This document shows positions 53,746 through 63,695 of a stretch of 64,000 nt of DNA, one piece after another. The notes under the pieces are model-generated. The model was not told where the DNA came from. It made no database searches and worked only from the letters and a program-made list of their open reading frames with translations. Both the position numbers and the translations under genes were made by a program. Position 1 is the stretch's first letter; every line of letters starts with the position of its first letter. This DNA comes from a virus: IMG/VR virus record IMGVR_UViG_3300045988_174509. One strand, written 5' to 3'.

Positions 53746-54035
53746 AAGTCCTTGATGTTATAAGCAGATTTACGAGAAACCTTAGAGGATGCTTTCTTCA
53801 TTTAAGTAGTGCTCAGGTTCTTATTTCGGTTGCAAAGGGGAAAGTATTCCATAAGGACATTGTTGAGGACACCAATCTTCACTGCAATACTGTCACCAAT
53901 ATCTTGAGAGATTTGGTTGAGCAGGGATTGGTTTCCTGCACGGAGTTCAAACGTCCCAGGAAATATTCCCTCACAAAAGATGGAGAAATAGTGGTAAAGC
54001 GACTTTTAACTATGAAGGATAACGATGAGGACTGA
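53742..54035 (+). CDS. Winged-helix transcription regulator (MarR/ArsR-like)
   Basis: DIVEDTNLHCNTVTNILRDLVEQGLVS...YSLTKDG reads as HTH plus wing. Confidence 0.45.
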   Translation: MKVLDVISRFTRNLRGCFLHLSSAQVLISVAKGKVFHKDIVEDTNLHCNTVTNILRDLVEQGLVSCTEFKRPRKYSLTKDGEIVVKRLLTMKDNDED

Positions 54036-54807
54036 AGAATGCGAAAAGTTTTTTGACCTCTTGAAGAGGTGGATGCCTGCTACCTTCACTAATTCGGAGC
54101 TTCATGAGGAATATGAATTCTCTGAGGTTTTTGTTGGACGTGAAAAGAATCCGCTTCCTGTTGGGTTCACTCATGGCGGCCTGACTATCGAAGGCTACTC
54201 AAAAGCTGTCGATGCTCCTTACATTGTCTCCTGTCTCTGCGGGCATACGCTTCAATCCGAACGATCCCGGATTGAGAATAACATGACTTGCGGATGCTGG
54301 GACCGTGCTGTCCGGACTGCCTATCTGATTCGCATGCGAATTGAAGCTCTTCGCGTCTGGATGGGGCATATGAAGGAGTGGCTGAAGGACCTGGAAAGCA
54401 TTAAGCAGTTTTCCATGGACTACCTTTCCAAGGTCGGTGCTCCGAGCACCTATGAAAAGAGCCTTGTCCAGATAGAGACCGGACCTTTCCATCCAGCATT
54501 GAAGCGGAATGGTACTCCTCCTGAGCAGTTGGAATTCCTGGACTTCTTTTATGTGGTTCTCCCCCCTCCTTTCTATATGGATTGGCTCCGGGACCTTGCA
54601 ACCCATGCCCTGGAAGACCATCCCTTATGGGAGGCCATGCCGATGAATTCGCTTGCTGGCTATGAGGATGCAAAAACGGAACTGCCCGAGTTCGATGCGA
54701 ATTGTTTCATTTCTCTGGTAAACTTCTTGACAGAGAATGAAAAAAGGTTTTATGATGGGAAGAACAGGCTTAAAAAGCCTCTGGATGGTGAGCCCGTTAA
54801 TAGATAG
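54025..54807 (+). CDS. Hypothetical protein (260 aa)
   Basis: ORF. Confidence 0.45.
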   Translation: MRTEECEKFFDLLKRWMPATFTNSELHEEYEFSEVFVGREKNPLPVGFTHGGLTIEGYSKAVDAPYIVSCLCGHTLQSERSRIENNMTCGCWDRAVRTAYLIRMRIEALRVWMGHMKEWLKDLESIKQFSMDYLSKVGAPSTYEKSLVQIETGPFHPALKRNGTPPEQLEFLDFFYVVLPPPFYMDWLRDLATHALEDHPLWEAMPMNSLAGYEDAKTELPEFDANCFISLVNFLTENEKRFYDGKNRLKKPLDGEPVNR

Positions 54808-54809
54808 CC

Positions 54810-55274
54810 ATGTCCGTTATTCCTAAACCTCCTCGCCGTTCCAAAGCCCTTTGGGGATCGGCATTTGATTTCGGGGATGCTTTTGATTTTATTCGAGGGC
54901 ATCAAAGGCCGAAGTCTTATGTTTCCCCCCTTCCGGGAGAGATACTACGTTCAAATCCCGAGGTGAGGAACATCCGGTATTTCTTTTCACTGAAGACCCA
55001 GCACTTTCACCCCTTTGTGTATTCTTATGCTTTGCATCATACACAACCTCATCGTCGAACAAAATCTCCTAATTTCAATTCACTGGGGGGAGTTGTTCCT
55101 ATTATAACTCTTTACCATACAACGGTTTCTTCTCAATTTTTCTGGCGGTATTATATGTTTTTCTACCTAATGACCGATCGGGCTTTTTGCTTCTCCCCTT
55201 TCCAGGCGGTGTATGCAGATCAAAGATTGTACTTCAGGAATGTAGATAAACGATATACCGGAAGACTCATATAA
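54810..55274 (+). CDS. Questionable ORF (154 aa; odd composition)
   Basis: F/Y/H/P-rich and low-complexity; may be noncoding spacer. Confidence 0.2.
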   Translation: MSVIPKPPRRSKALWGSAFDFGDAFDFIRGHQRPKSYVSPLPGEILRSNPEVRNIRYFFSLKTQHFHPFVYSYALHHTQPHRRTKSPNFNSLGGVVPIITLYHTTVSSQFFWRYYMFFYLMTDRAFCFSPFQAVYADQRLYFRNVDKRYTGRLI

Positions 55275-55289
55275 CAACCAAAAAATACT

Positions 55290-56441
55290 ATGCTGTTAGT
55301 TATTCCATGTGAACCCCGAGTTCAAAAAAATGCCAGGGCTATTGCCACCTCCCTTGTAGAGAACACTGCTCCTGAAGACCTTCTGACGGTTGATCTTCTC
55401 TGCATCACTCCTTATCAAAATCTTACCGCGGCCAATGATTTCATTGAAGTCCTCAAGGGCCGTTGCAATTCGTTCAATGTCAAGTGCATTGATACTCCCT
55501 CCGCGTCTTTGTACGACATGGTGAACAAGATGTGGGCCAAGTGCCTTCAAATCCTTGCGATTGAAGCGGCTCCGAACGGTCTGGATATTCCTGTTCTCTG
55601 GTATTCAGAACGCGGGAACCAGTTCTTCAAGCAGGATGCCATTGCTACTTTGGACGGGTACTACACCAAGCGGAAGGCCAAGGTCATCTTTGGACCGCGG
55701 TTCCACATTCCGGCCCGTACTATTACGGCAGACCATGTGGACCCGGCCCGCGATACCGTCGAAGGTTCCTTCGTGTTCTCTTCTCAGATTTCTGCGGCCT
55801 ATCCTCAAACGGTTCCTCTGTCTGTTTCCCTTCAGCCTGCCGACCATTTCCGGGTATTCCTTTCTGGAGTATTCATTGGAGACCAGAGTGAAGAGTATGC
55901 CAAGTGGGACAACCTGTTTTCTACGGAGGTTGAACCCAAAGTAGAAGCGACAGTCGTCGCTACTCAGGTTTTCTCCCAGGCTGTCAATACCCCCCAGTCT
56001 CTTCCTGTGGCCGCCTTCGGGGCCTCCGGGGCCTCCCCCGATGGGCAGACCCTTGATGTGGACGGAGGAATGACGCTGGCACAGAAACGCGCAATGCTTG
56101 CCATGTGCAGTACGCGATCCCCCTTGAAGCCTGAGGAAGTCACTTACTCTGCCCCCAGCGTTGCTGGCGTGACCAGTGAGGTCGATGTTCAGGCTCAAGT
56201 CTCGGGCTTCCATATCCAGGCCAGTGAAGGTACGGTTATGGGAAATCCTGAGGCCATAGAGGAGCACAATAAAAGAGTGGTCGGGAAAAAGAAGAAAAAG
56301 TCCGCTCCGGAGTCCGAGGATTCAGAATTAGAAACTGCTTCGGAAACTTTAGAGGTTGACAAAGAGCCGAAGGAAGGCGATATTGAACCAGCCTCTGGGG
56401 TTGAATTTCCGGAGGACGGCAAAGACCCTGATTTCGTATGA
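55290..56441 (+). CDS. Hypothetical protein with acidic C-terminus (383 aa)
   Basis: ORF with ATGA coupling to the portal gene. Confidence 0.45.
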   Translation: MLLVIPCEPRVQKNARAIATSLVENTAPEDLLTVDLLCITPYQNLTAANDFIEVLKGRCNSFNVKCIDTPSASLYDMVNKMWAKCLQILAIEAAPNGLDIPVLWYSERGNQFFKQDAIATLDGYYTKRKAKVIFGPRFHIPARTITADHVDPARDTVEGSFVFSSQISAAYPQTVPLSVSLQPADHFRVFLSGVFIGDQSEEYAKWDNLFSTEVEPKVEATVVATQVFSQAVNTPQSLPVAAFGASGASPDGQTLDVDGGMTLAQKRAMLAMCSTRSPLKPEEVTYSAPSVAGVTSEVDVQAQVSGFHIQASEGTVMGNPEAIEEHNKRVVGKKKKKSAPESEDSELETASETLEVDKEPKEGDIEPASGVEFPEDGKDPDFV

Positions 56442-58732
56442 TTAAGACTCCTCCCAAGTCCTTTACCTCTTCTCCCAACACTACGGCAGGTTCGCTTGCC
56501 GTAGTGGACGGGGACGGAGAGTTCCTGAAAGACCGCGTGCCTGATGTGTTCACGGCGCGCAGTCTCCTTTTTCTTGCCCTTCAAGCGGACATGGGCTCCG
56601 CTATTGCCCGTGTAGAAGCCCAGCGTGAGCTGGACGGGATTGAACCCTTCAACCCTGATTCCCTGTCTCAGGCAGGCCAAGCTTACCGGACGAACAGCAA
56701 CTTCCGTTTCATGACGGTGGCCCATCTTAAAACGATGGCGAGCCTTCGTGACGCCATTTCTTCCAATCCGTTCCTGGTCTCGGTGGAAACCAAGTATGGG
56801 TCTTCGCAACAGCAGGCTCTTTCCTCGGTTCTTCTCTCCCAGCTCATGACGGACATGGTGAAGAGCATGCCCGGGTATCAGTCCACGATGGACGATCTCC
56901 TGCATAACTTTGCTTTCCACGGCTTTGGCCTGACCTATTTTGACGACACGGAATCCTGGTTCTTTAATTCCGGGGGCCTGGATGACTTTGCCTTTGAACG
57001 CTATACCAAGGCGGACCCCAGGAACCTGGAGCTTGTGTTCGCTACCCGCATGCTCCGGGCGCATGAACTCATGGCCTATATCAAGGATGAAGAGATTGCC
57101 CGGATCGCCGGATGGGATGTTGAAGCGGTAAAAGCTGTAGTGAAGTATGCGTCCTACAACATGCCTAATCCCTATAAGGCTCCGGAGAATATCACTCGGA
57201 TGGAGAAGAACCATGACTTCACGATTGGTGATGTGGTTGGTACGGCCATTCCGATTTCTCACGTCTGGATCAAGCAGTTGGATGGAACGGTCTCTCATAA
57301 GATTTTCTTTGTAGATAATCAGAGCAAGACTGCCGAGGGCGGAGATTTCCGGCTGGATAATCCGGAGTTCAACGAGTTCCTGTTTGTCAAGGAAAAAGCC
57401 TATGACTCCATGGAGCAGGCTTTCACGATGTTCCCCTTCGGGGTTTCCTCTTCCGGGGACATTCATGCCCTGCGTGGCTTTGGCAACACGTTGCTGGCCC
57501 ACGTTCAGCAACTTAACCGCTTTACTAACTCGGCTCTTGACATTGCCAAAATTGGGATGTCGGTTACAGTCCAGCCTAAAAATGAAATGGACAGGCTGGA
57601 ATCTTCCGTCAACCCCCTGGGCCCCTACACCATTATTGCCCCCGGGATTGATGTTACTCCGGTCAAGGTTCCTGATTTGAATGCTGTGTCCGCTCCTATC
57701 GGTGCTCTTCAGGGCATCATGAACTCGGTTCTCGGTGAGCTGGATGTGACTACGGATGGGTCCATGGGCCGAACCCAGTTTGAAGCTGAAGTGCGCCTGA
57801 GCAATGCTTCTCGTCTTTCCACCCATGTGATTGACCGCTTGATGGAATGCCTTTCCCGTCTCTTCAAGGAGATTGTAAGGCGTGTTTCTGTCCGGAATTA
57901 CGATGAGAATCTTGCAGGGTACAAGGAACGCCAGCGACTCCTGGAGAAGATGCAGGAGTACGGGATTCCGGAAGAAGCCTTGTATGAACTTGACGTGGAT
58001 GCTACGGTGGCTACCCCGCCTATTGGCAATGGTTCCCCTGTGAAGAGGACGCTTGCTCTCCGGGCGTGCATGAACTACATTCAGTTCTACAGTGAAAAAG
58101 GCCAGAAGGCTCTCATACGTGCCCTCACTATCAATGAGGTAGGAAAGAAGTGGGCTGACATGTTCATCCCGGAAACCAATCAGGAGTACGCAAACGCCAA
58201 TGCTCAGAGCGTTGCGGCCCTTCAGAACCTGTGGCTGATGCAGGGGATGGACGTTCCTGTTCTTCCGGATGAGGATCACCGCGCCCATGCCGAGATTCAT
58301 GCCAATTACATTATCCAGCTCATTCCTTCTGAAAAGCTTGAGAAGGAGCAGATGGCCCGGCTCGCCCCTGGCTTGCAGAAGCTGGTGGCCCAGCTCGCCG
58401 GGCACCTTCAGTATCTCCAGGCCCGCAAGGAATTTATTCCTGCTTTCTCTCAATGGGAGAAGCTTATCGCCAGATGCAATGAAATTATTGTCAACGGCAT
58501 GCGCGCCCTTGAAAAGATGCAACAGGAAACCCAGGCCCAGCAGGAGGCTCAAGGAGCCGCCCAAGGCGGCGAGCAGGTGGACCCTGAAGTTCTCAAGGTC
58601 CAGCAAGAGATGGCCTTGAAGGAGCAGGAAACGCAGGCCCGGATTGCTATTGAACAGCAGAAGGCGGAAGCAGAGATTGCCAGAAAGGCTCTTGAAGCTA
58701 ATACAAAGGCAGTAGAAGCCGCAAACTCTTAA
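56438..58732 (+). CDS. Portal protein (764 aa) with Q/A/E-rich C-terminal coiled coil
   Basis: Size and position between terminase large subunit and scaffold/capsid genes; no diagnostic motif. Confidence 0.5.
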   Translation: MIKTPPKSFTSSPNTTAGSLAVVDGDGEFLKDRVPDVFTARSLLFLALQADMGSAIARVEAQRELDGIEPFNPDSLSQAGQAYRTNSNFRFMTVAHLKTMASLRDAISSNPFLVSVETKYGSSQQQALSSVLLSQLMTDMVKSMPGYQSTMDDLLHNFAFHGFGLTYFDDTESWFFNSGGLDDFAFERYTKADPRNLELVFATRMLRAHELMAYIKDEEIARIAGWDVEAVKAVVKYASYNMPNPYKAPENITRMEKNHDFTIGDVVGTAIPISHVWIKQLDGTVSHKIFFVDNQSKTAEGGDFRLDNPEFNEFLFVKEKAYDSMEQAFTMFPFGVSSSGDIHALRGFGNTLLAHVQQLNRFTNSALDIAKIGMSVTVQPKNEMDRLESSVNPLGPYTIIAPGIDVTPVKVPDLNAVSAPIGALQGIMNSVLGELDVTTDGSMGRTQFEAEVRLSNASRLSTHVIDRLMECLSRLFKEIVRRVSVRNYDENLAGYKERQRLLEKMQEYGIPEEALYELDVDATVATPPIGNGSPVKRTLALRACMNYIQFYSEKGQKALIRALTINEVGKKWADMFIPETNQEYANANAQSVAALQNLWLMQGMDVPVLPDEDHRAHAEIHANYIIQLIPSEKLEKEQMARLAPGLQKLVAQLAGHLQYLQARKEFIPAFSQWEKLIARCNEIIVNGMRALEKMQQETQAQQEAQGAAQGGEQVDPEVLKVQQEMALKEQETQARIAIEQQKAEAEIARKALEANTKAVEAANS

Positions 58733-58738
58733 TACATT

Positions 58739-59056
58739 ATGAATAAACTTACTGTTGATGAATTCATTGCTCAAGAGAGAAATCGTGTTCGTCTCTATGA
58801 AATCCTCAATGACCCCGTGTTTCAGGAAGCCGCTGAAATCGTACTCACGCCTTTGAACGCCGTGCCTCCTACGACCACTGAAGCGGCGGCGATCTCCGGA
58901 GCCTTTGCTTCCGGAGCCCGCCATTTGGTGGCTGGGCTTCACCTGCTTACCAAGGCACCCAAGAAACAGGAAATCAAAGACACCCCCAAGCCCCTTCCTT
59001 CGGCTCATGATATTTTCCTGAGCCGTCTGGACAACCCGAATAATACAGCTATTTAA
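58739..59056 (+). CDS. Hypothetical head-associated protein (105 aa)
   Basis: ORF between portal and scaffold. Confidence 0.4.
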   Translation: MNKLTVDEFIAQERNRVRLYEILNDPVFQEAAEIVLTPLNAVPPTTTEAAAISGAFASGARHLVAGLHLLTKAPKKQEIKDTPKPLPSAHDIFLSRLDNPNNTAI

Positions 59057-59059
59057 TTT

Positions 59060-60259
59060 ATGCTTAACGATATTGCGTTAACACCTACTCCTTCTGATCC
59101 GGCTATTTCTAATCTGGTCCAGGGCATCTTTACCTCTACGGAGCAAATTGTCCAGGACCAGATGCCTCAGTCTAGCGAGGTACCCCAGGGAGTGATTCCT
59201 GAAAATCAGAACTATGTCCCGAATGATTCTACTCCTAGTCCAACGCCAGTTGAAGATGAAAACTCGGAGCCCGAGAATGAAAACCCGAATCCTGATGAGG
59301 ATGGAAAAAAGGATGACGAGGAGGAAACGAAGGGGGATGTAGAGAAGGAAAAAGAAAAGGAGAAGAACGACTCCGAGCAGAAGCAGACTCTGGCCATGGC
59401 CAAGAAGTTTGCCCAGATGCGGAAAGACCTCTCCTCCTACAAGACGACTGTCAAGGAGCTCCAGGAAAAGATTGCCCAGCTGGAAGCTGATGGAGCTGGA
59501 GCCGAAGGTCTTGACGAACTGAAGGCCCAGAACGAAAAGCTCTCTGCGGTGGTCAATTCCTTTGCCTTTACCCAGACGGAAGAATACCAGAAGGAAGTAA
59601 CTAACCCGTACAACAAGGCTCAGGACAAGCTGATGAAGCTGGCTGAAGCCAACGGGATGGAGCTCACCTATGACTCCCTGAACCAGATAGCCACGAATCC
59701 GGATTTCGATGAAATGGATCGCCAGGAAGCCTACGAAGACCTTGCCCGGGATGCCGGGATGGGTGATCTGGATGTCTCCCGGTTTTCCAACTACGCGATG
59801 CTTCGGGACCGCGCTGTCCAGAAGCACCTTGCCATGTCGGTCAAAGCCGAGGAGTACAAGAAGGAATTCCTGGAGAAGCTCGGTGATGGAAAAGTCAAGC
59901 CGTATGAGGTCAATCTGGATAACTACACCCAGAAGCACATCCAGGATCGGGCAAAGGAGCTGGGACTCTCCGGCGAGGTGACGGAAGAGACGGTGAAAGC
60001 CGCCCGCCATTTGGCTCATAAGATAGACAATAGTGCGTTTATGGACGCAGTTCTGCTGTCTAAGGCCCTGGAAGAGATGGCCGAGCTGAAGGAGCAGAAC
60101 AAGAGTCTTCATGCCAAGATCACCAAGCTTCGCGGTGCCAATCCTTCTCCGGGAACGGGCAATCCGAAGGGGGCTCCTCCCCCCAGCAAGCCCAAGCTTG
60201 AAGAGACGTTGAAGACAGCTGGCGATGTCGTTGACGCTTTTCTTAGCGGGCAAATTTAA
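59060..60259 (+). CDS. Scaffolding protein (acidic N-terminus plus long coiled coil)
   Basis: DENSEPENENPNPDEDGKKDDEEE stretch followed by heptad-rich helices. Lies immediately upstream of the capsid gene and has a terminator after it. Confidence 0.5.
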   Translation: MLNDIALTPTPSDPAISNLVQGIFTSTEQIVQDQMPQSSEVPQGVIPENQNYVPNDSTPSPTPVEDENSEPENENPNPDEDGKKDDEEETKGDVEKEKEKEKNDSEQKQTLAMAKKFAQMRKDLSSYKTTVKELQEKIAQLEADGAGAEGLDELKAQNEKLSAVVNSFAFTQTEEYQKEVTNPYNKAQDKLMKLAEANGMELTYDSLNQIATNPDFDEMDRQEAYEDLARDAGMGDLDVSRFSNYAMLRDRAVQKHLAMSVKAEEYKKEFLEKLGDGKVKPYEVNLDNYTQKHIQDRAKELGLSGEVTEETVKAARHLAHKIDNSAFMDAVLLSKALEEMAELKEQNKSLHAKITKLRGANPSPGTGNPKGAPPPSKPKLEETLKTAGDVVDAFLSGQI

Positions 60260-60285
60260 AAAGTGTTGACAGCACTCTAAAAAAA

Positions 60286-60330
60286 GGGTACAACCGTTTT
60301 ATCAAATAGCGGTTGTACCCTTTTGCTTTT
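60286..60330 (+). terminator. Intrinsic terminator after the scaffold gene
   Basis: Stem gggtacaaccg / cggttgtaccc followed by ttttgctttt. A TTGACA hexamer at 60266-60271 precedes it. Confidence 0.6.
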
Positions 60331-60457
60331 CCTCCGCGAGCCCCCTTTTTTATTTGGATGTGTATAGAGGTCTTCCATCCTGGCCGAAAAACCTTTTCTT
60401 TTTCTTTCCGTCGGGACCTTTTCTTTCCTCTTTAACTTTCATTTTACATTCAAATCT

Positions 60458-61723
60458 ATGGCTCAAAATCCCAGTGAATTGGACGCAATCAATCTGCGTC
60501 TGACTACGATGACCAACCTCATCCAGGAAAAGATGTATGCGAATTTTATTCGCCGCTCTCCCTGGAACGTGGCAATGCTGAACTCCGCTGAATGGGTTGA
60601 TGGTATCGGTGATACGGGGCGTACCAACGTCTTCCAGCCGACCTACATGAACCCGGACTGGCAGAACGTCCAGCTTAGTTCTCTGTCCACCGATCCTGCC
60701 CTGAACGTCAATGCTACTGGCGGCCAGGAATATTCCTTCTCCCGCCAGATTGTCCGTCTGAGCTCCGAGCTCATTGACGTGACTCGTCTGCGTCAGGCTT
60801 GGCAGTATGGCGATCAGCTCAAGAACATTGTTGAACAGCTTATCCGCAACGTCGGCAATGTCTGGTCCGAACGGTATCGTAAGCAGTACCTTGACTGTGC
60901 TTCCTACAAGATCATCCCCACGGCTAACGGTCTCTTCGGTATGGACCTGACCAATGGGGATATTACGACCATGCCGGAAATCCGTCCGGCGGCGGCTCTG
61001 AACTCTGCCATTATGGACCAGATGTACGAACTGCTTGAGTTTGAATCCGCGCAGGAATCCTCCGCAGGCTCTGCCAACGGTGCTCCGGTTTACCTCTGCA
61101 TTACGTCCCGCAACACGATTGACTTCATCCTTCAGGGTGATGGCAATATCCGTCAGGACTACCGCTTCGCGGAAGCTACCTGGGGCCAGAAGGAATCCAC
61201 CCTGATGAACCAGTATGGTCTTCAGAAGGTTTATCGTGGGTTCTCCTACCTGATGGACCCGATGAACCCGCGCTACGACTTTGTGGAATCCAATCCGGCA
61301 GGCCAGAAGTGGGTGCGCATCGAACCCTATATCAAACAGCCTGCGACCACGGGCTTCCGCTATGTGCAGAATCCGGCTTACACGAACGCACCCTATGAAG
61401 ATACCTATATCTTCGTCAAGGACGTGTACCGCAACTTGGTTCCCCGTCCGGTGTCTTCCGTCGGTCAGGCCAAGTTCAACCCGGAAACCTTCGGTGGTGA
61501 AGTGCGCTGGATCAACAACGCGGACATGAACGCGAACTTCCTGGGAACCCAGGGCTTCTTTGTGGCTTCCCTGTCCAACGGTGCCCAGCCCATTCAGCCC
61601 CGTCACGGTATTGTGATCCGTCACATTCGTACCCGGTTCAACGTGGCCCTGGTGGGTGCTGACGGCAAGCCTGTCGGCTCTCTGCTGACGACTCCGGCCA
61701 ACGTGGCTGTTGCTGGTCTGTAA
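60458..61723 (+). CDS. Major capsid protein (421 aa)
   Basis: Position after the scaffold gene. A strong hairpin-plus-U terminator follows directly at 61744-61778. Size is typical of an HK97-fold capsid protein. Confidence 0.55.
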   Translation: MAQNPSELDAINLRLTTMTNLIQEKMYANFIRRSPWNVAMLNSAEWVDGIGDTGRTNVFQPTYMNPDWQNVQLSSLSTDPALNVNATGGQEYSFSRQIVRLSSELIDVTRLRQAWQYGDQLKNIVEQLIRNVGNVWSERYRKQYLDCASYKIIPTANGLFGMDLTNGDITTMPEIRPAAALNSAIMDQMYELLEFESAQESSAGSANGAPVYLCITSRNTIDFILQGDGNIRQDYRFAEATWGQKESTLMNQYGLQKVYRGFSYLMDPMNPRYDFVESNPAGQKWVRIEPYIKQPATTGFRYVQNPAYTNAPYEDTYIFVKDVYRNLVPRPVSSVGQAKFNPETFGGEVRWINNADMNANFLGTQGFFVASLSNGAQPIQPRHGIVIRHIRTRFNVALVGADGKPVGSLLTTPANVAVAGL

Positions 61724-61743
61724 CCCTCACAAACAATCAACCC

Positions 61744-61778
61744 AGGGGCAGGTAGGGCAAATCCTGCCTGCCCCATTT
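61744..61778 (+). terminator. Strong intrinsic terminator after the major capsid gene
   Basis: Stem ggggcagg / cctgcccc followed by atttttatt. Confidence 0.7.
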
Positions 61779-61783
61779 TTATT

Positions 61784-62098
61784 ATGAAATTTTCTATTCC
61801 ATTTGATACTGAAACCTTTGGCAATGTAGCCCCTGGTGAAACCGTAACCGTGACGGGTGAAGCCGTGCTTTCTGATGACGGAAATGTTCTTGAGCTTGTC
61901 TCTGTTGAGGGAGTCCCCTTTGAGGAGGACGACCACGATGATGACGAGGATGAGGATGATGACGAAAAGAAGAAAGAGAAAAAGAAGGAGAAGAAGGAAG
62001 AAAAGGAAGAGCGGAAAGAAGAACGCACCCTGGAAAAGGACGTAGCCAGAGCTGAAGAAGCGACGGACGCGATGGGGGTGCTTAACGCCATGCTTTAA
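61784..62098 (+). CDS. Small protein with a poly-acidic/KE low-complexity centre (104 aa)
   Basis: EEDDHDDDEDEDDDEKKKEKKKEKKEEKEERKEER stretch. Confidence 0.4.
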   Translation: MKFSIPFDTETFGNVAPGETVTVTGEAVLSDDGNVLELVSVEGVPFEEDDHDDDEDEDDDEKKKEKKKEKKEEKEERKEERTLEKDVARAEEATDAMGVLNAML

Positions 62099-62104
62099 AC
62101 GACC

Positions 62105-62662
62105 ATGCCTCAGACCATTACTTTTCCCACTACTTCCCCTGTCTCCGTGATTCCCGGAGATGTTGTAACCGTATCCACGGCTACCGGGTCTTTCCTTGTG
62201 CATATCTCTTGCGACAAGCCTTCCAGTATTCTGTTCCAGGATGCTGATGCTGGTGTGCTGGCCCATGGCGATATTGCCAATGGCGACTTCATTGTCACTC
62301 TTCCCAAGGCCAACTCCAACGTGGTTGTCGATAGCTATACCTCTGCTACCATCACCCTTGCGGCAGTGGCTGTTCCGGATTCCGGGATTAAGGATGTCCC
62401 TATTTTAGGGCCTACTGGAGAATTGGGAGCCTTTTCTCCGGGTTCACTGTATCAAGTGAACATTCAGTCCAAGTCTCCCTACACCTGCATCCTCTACAGC
62501 ATGCCGAACACCGGGGATGAGCCTCTGGGTACCTTCCCCGTAGTGCATGGAGATGTTATTTCCTTGCCTGCTCCGAAAGTTACGGGCAGACTTGTTTCCG
62601 CTGATGCGGACGCTACTGTCTGTCTCCAGCTCGTTATTACCAACCCTAAAGCTGTTTCCTAA
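62105..62662 (+). CDS. Beta-rich structural protein (185 aa)
   Basis: T/S/V-rich and Ig-like in composition. Confidence 0.4.
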   Translation: MPQTITFPTTSPVSVIPGDVVTVSTATGSFLVHISCDKPSSILFQDADAGVLAHGDIANGDFIVTLPKANSNVVVDSYTSATITLAAVAVPDSGIKDVPILGPTGELGAFSPGSLYQVNIQSKSPYTCILYSMPNTGDEPLGTFPVVHGDVISLPAPKVTGRLVSADADATVCLQLVITNPKAVS

Positions 62663-62665
62663 TTT

Positions 62666-63643
62666 ATGGCTATTCAAATTCCTATTGCAACTCTTGCTAA
62701 TCCGGTCCTCCTTCAAACGGACACGATCTATCAGGTCACTGACCTCACGGCTAGTACCTCCTATGACTTCGTGCTGACCGAAGACTCCGGCAAGTTCCTT
62801 CATGTCACCATCGCCAAGGAAGAAGCGATGACTACTATCCTGTTTGACCATGATCCGGCCAACGGGACTGTGCTTGACTTCCTCAATCCTGCGGGTTCCA
62901 CCTCGGTCTTCCTCAAGGTCACCGCAGTAACGGGTGCCAGCCCGTATCTAGTGATGAAGGCTACCGCCGCTGTCACGGATACTCCCCTTGTTGTCCCCGC
63001 CTTTCCGGGCAAATGGTACAAGAAGGATGGCCTGACGGCTGGCAAGGTGTACGAAGTCAAGGTTTCCTCTGAGGTTCCCGTCACGATCTTCTCCGGTTTC
63101 AGTGCGGCATTTAACCTGAATGCCCTCCAATACAATCCGGTGCAGACCTTGCAGACTGGCTCCTTCCTGGTAACCGCTACTGCGGCCAACATGTGGCTGT
63201 ACGTCGATGGTGCTGATCCTGCCAACATTTCTGTGACGGAAGCTGTCCCGGTTGTGGGTATGCAACCTGTCCAGGTTACTCTGTTCACTCAGACAGGTGC
63301 CACCGTCAACATTCCGGCAGGTTCCCCTGCGGGTATCTACCGATTGGACTTTGTGGCAAACGATCCTGCCGATGCTACTACGTTTGATGCCAAGGTAGAA
63401 CTGCAAATGGTTCCTCTGATGTCAGAAGGGACTGGAAAGCTGGCCGCAGGTTTTGGGCCGGTTCAGCCTGCGAATGGTCGAATCTTTACGGGCAACAGCC
63501 TGCGAGGCATGGCCATCTTCCGAGTCCCGGATAAACAAACCTCTCCTCTTGCGGTAGCTTCCTACACCAAGGGCACTACGGGTACTGGCACTCAGATTAA
63601 CGGGGCCTTTGCGGTTTCCTACATTGGTAACCTCTCCGCCTAA
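62666..63643 (+). CDS. Beta-rich structural protein (325 aa), candidate major tail/tube or capsid-associated protein
   Basis: Followed by a terminator at 63649-63690. Confidence 0.4.
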   Translation: MAIQIPIATLANPVLLQTDTIYQVTDLTASTSYDFVLTEDSGKFLHVTIAKEEAMTTILFDHDPANGTVLDFLNPAGSTSVFLKVTAVTGASPYLVMKATAAVTDTPLVVPAFPGKWYKKDGLTAGKVYEVKVSSEVPVTIFSGFSAAFNLNALQYNPVQTLQTGSFLVTATAANMWLYVDGADPANISVTEAVPVVGMQPVQVTLFTQTGATVNIPAGSPAGIYRLDFVANDPADATTFDAKVELQMVPLMSEGTGKLAAGFGPVQPANGRIFTGNSLRGMAIFRVPDKQTSPLAVASYTKGTTGTGTQINGAFAVSYIGNLSA

Positions 63644-63648
63644 CTTAC

Positions 63649-63690
63649 CGGGGCCAGGGTAACTCCTGGCCCCCTATCCCTTTCCTTTAC
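63649..63690 (+). terminator. Terminator-like hairpin after gene 62666-63643
   Basis: Stem cggggccagg / cctggcccc followed by a pyrimidine/T-rich tail. Confidence 0.45.
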
Positions 63691-63695
63691 TGAAT

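Noticed and set aside
54810-55274. 154-aa ORF as a real gene
   Set aside because: It is retained only as doubtful. The F/Y/H-rich low-complexity sequence, lack of RBS and tight packing between better genes make it possibly noncoding.
60266-60294. TTGACA-N17-TACAAC as the capsid promoter
   Set aside because: The -10 overlaps the stem of the scaffold terminator at 60286-60330, so the terminator function is more likely. The capsid gene probably relies on read-through or an unrecognised late promoter.
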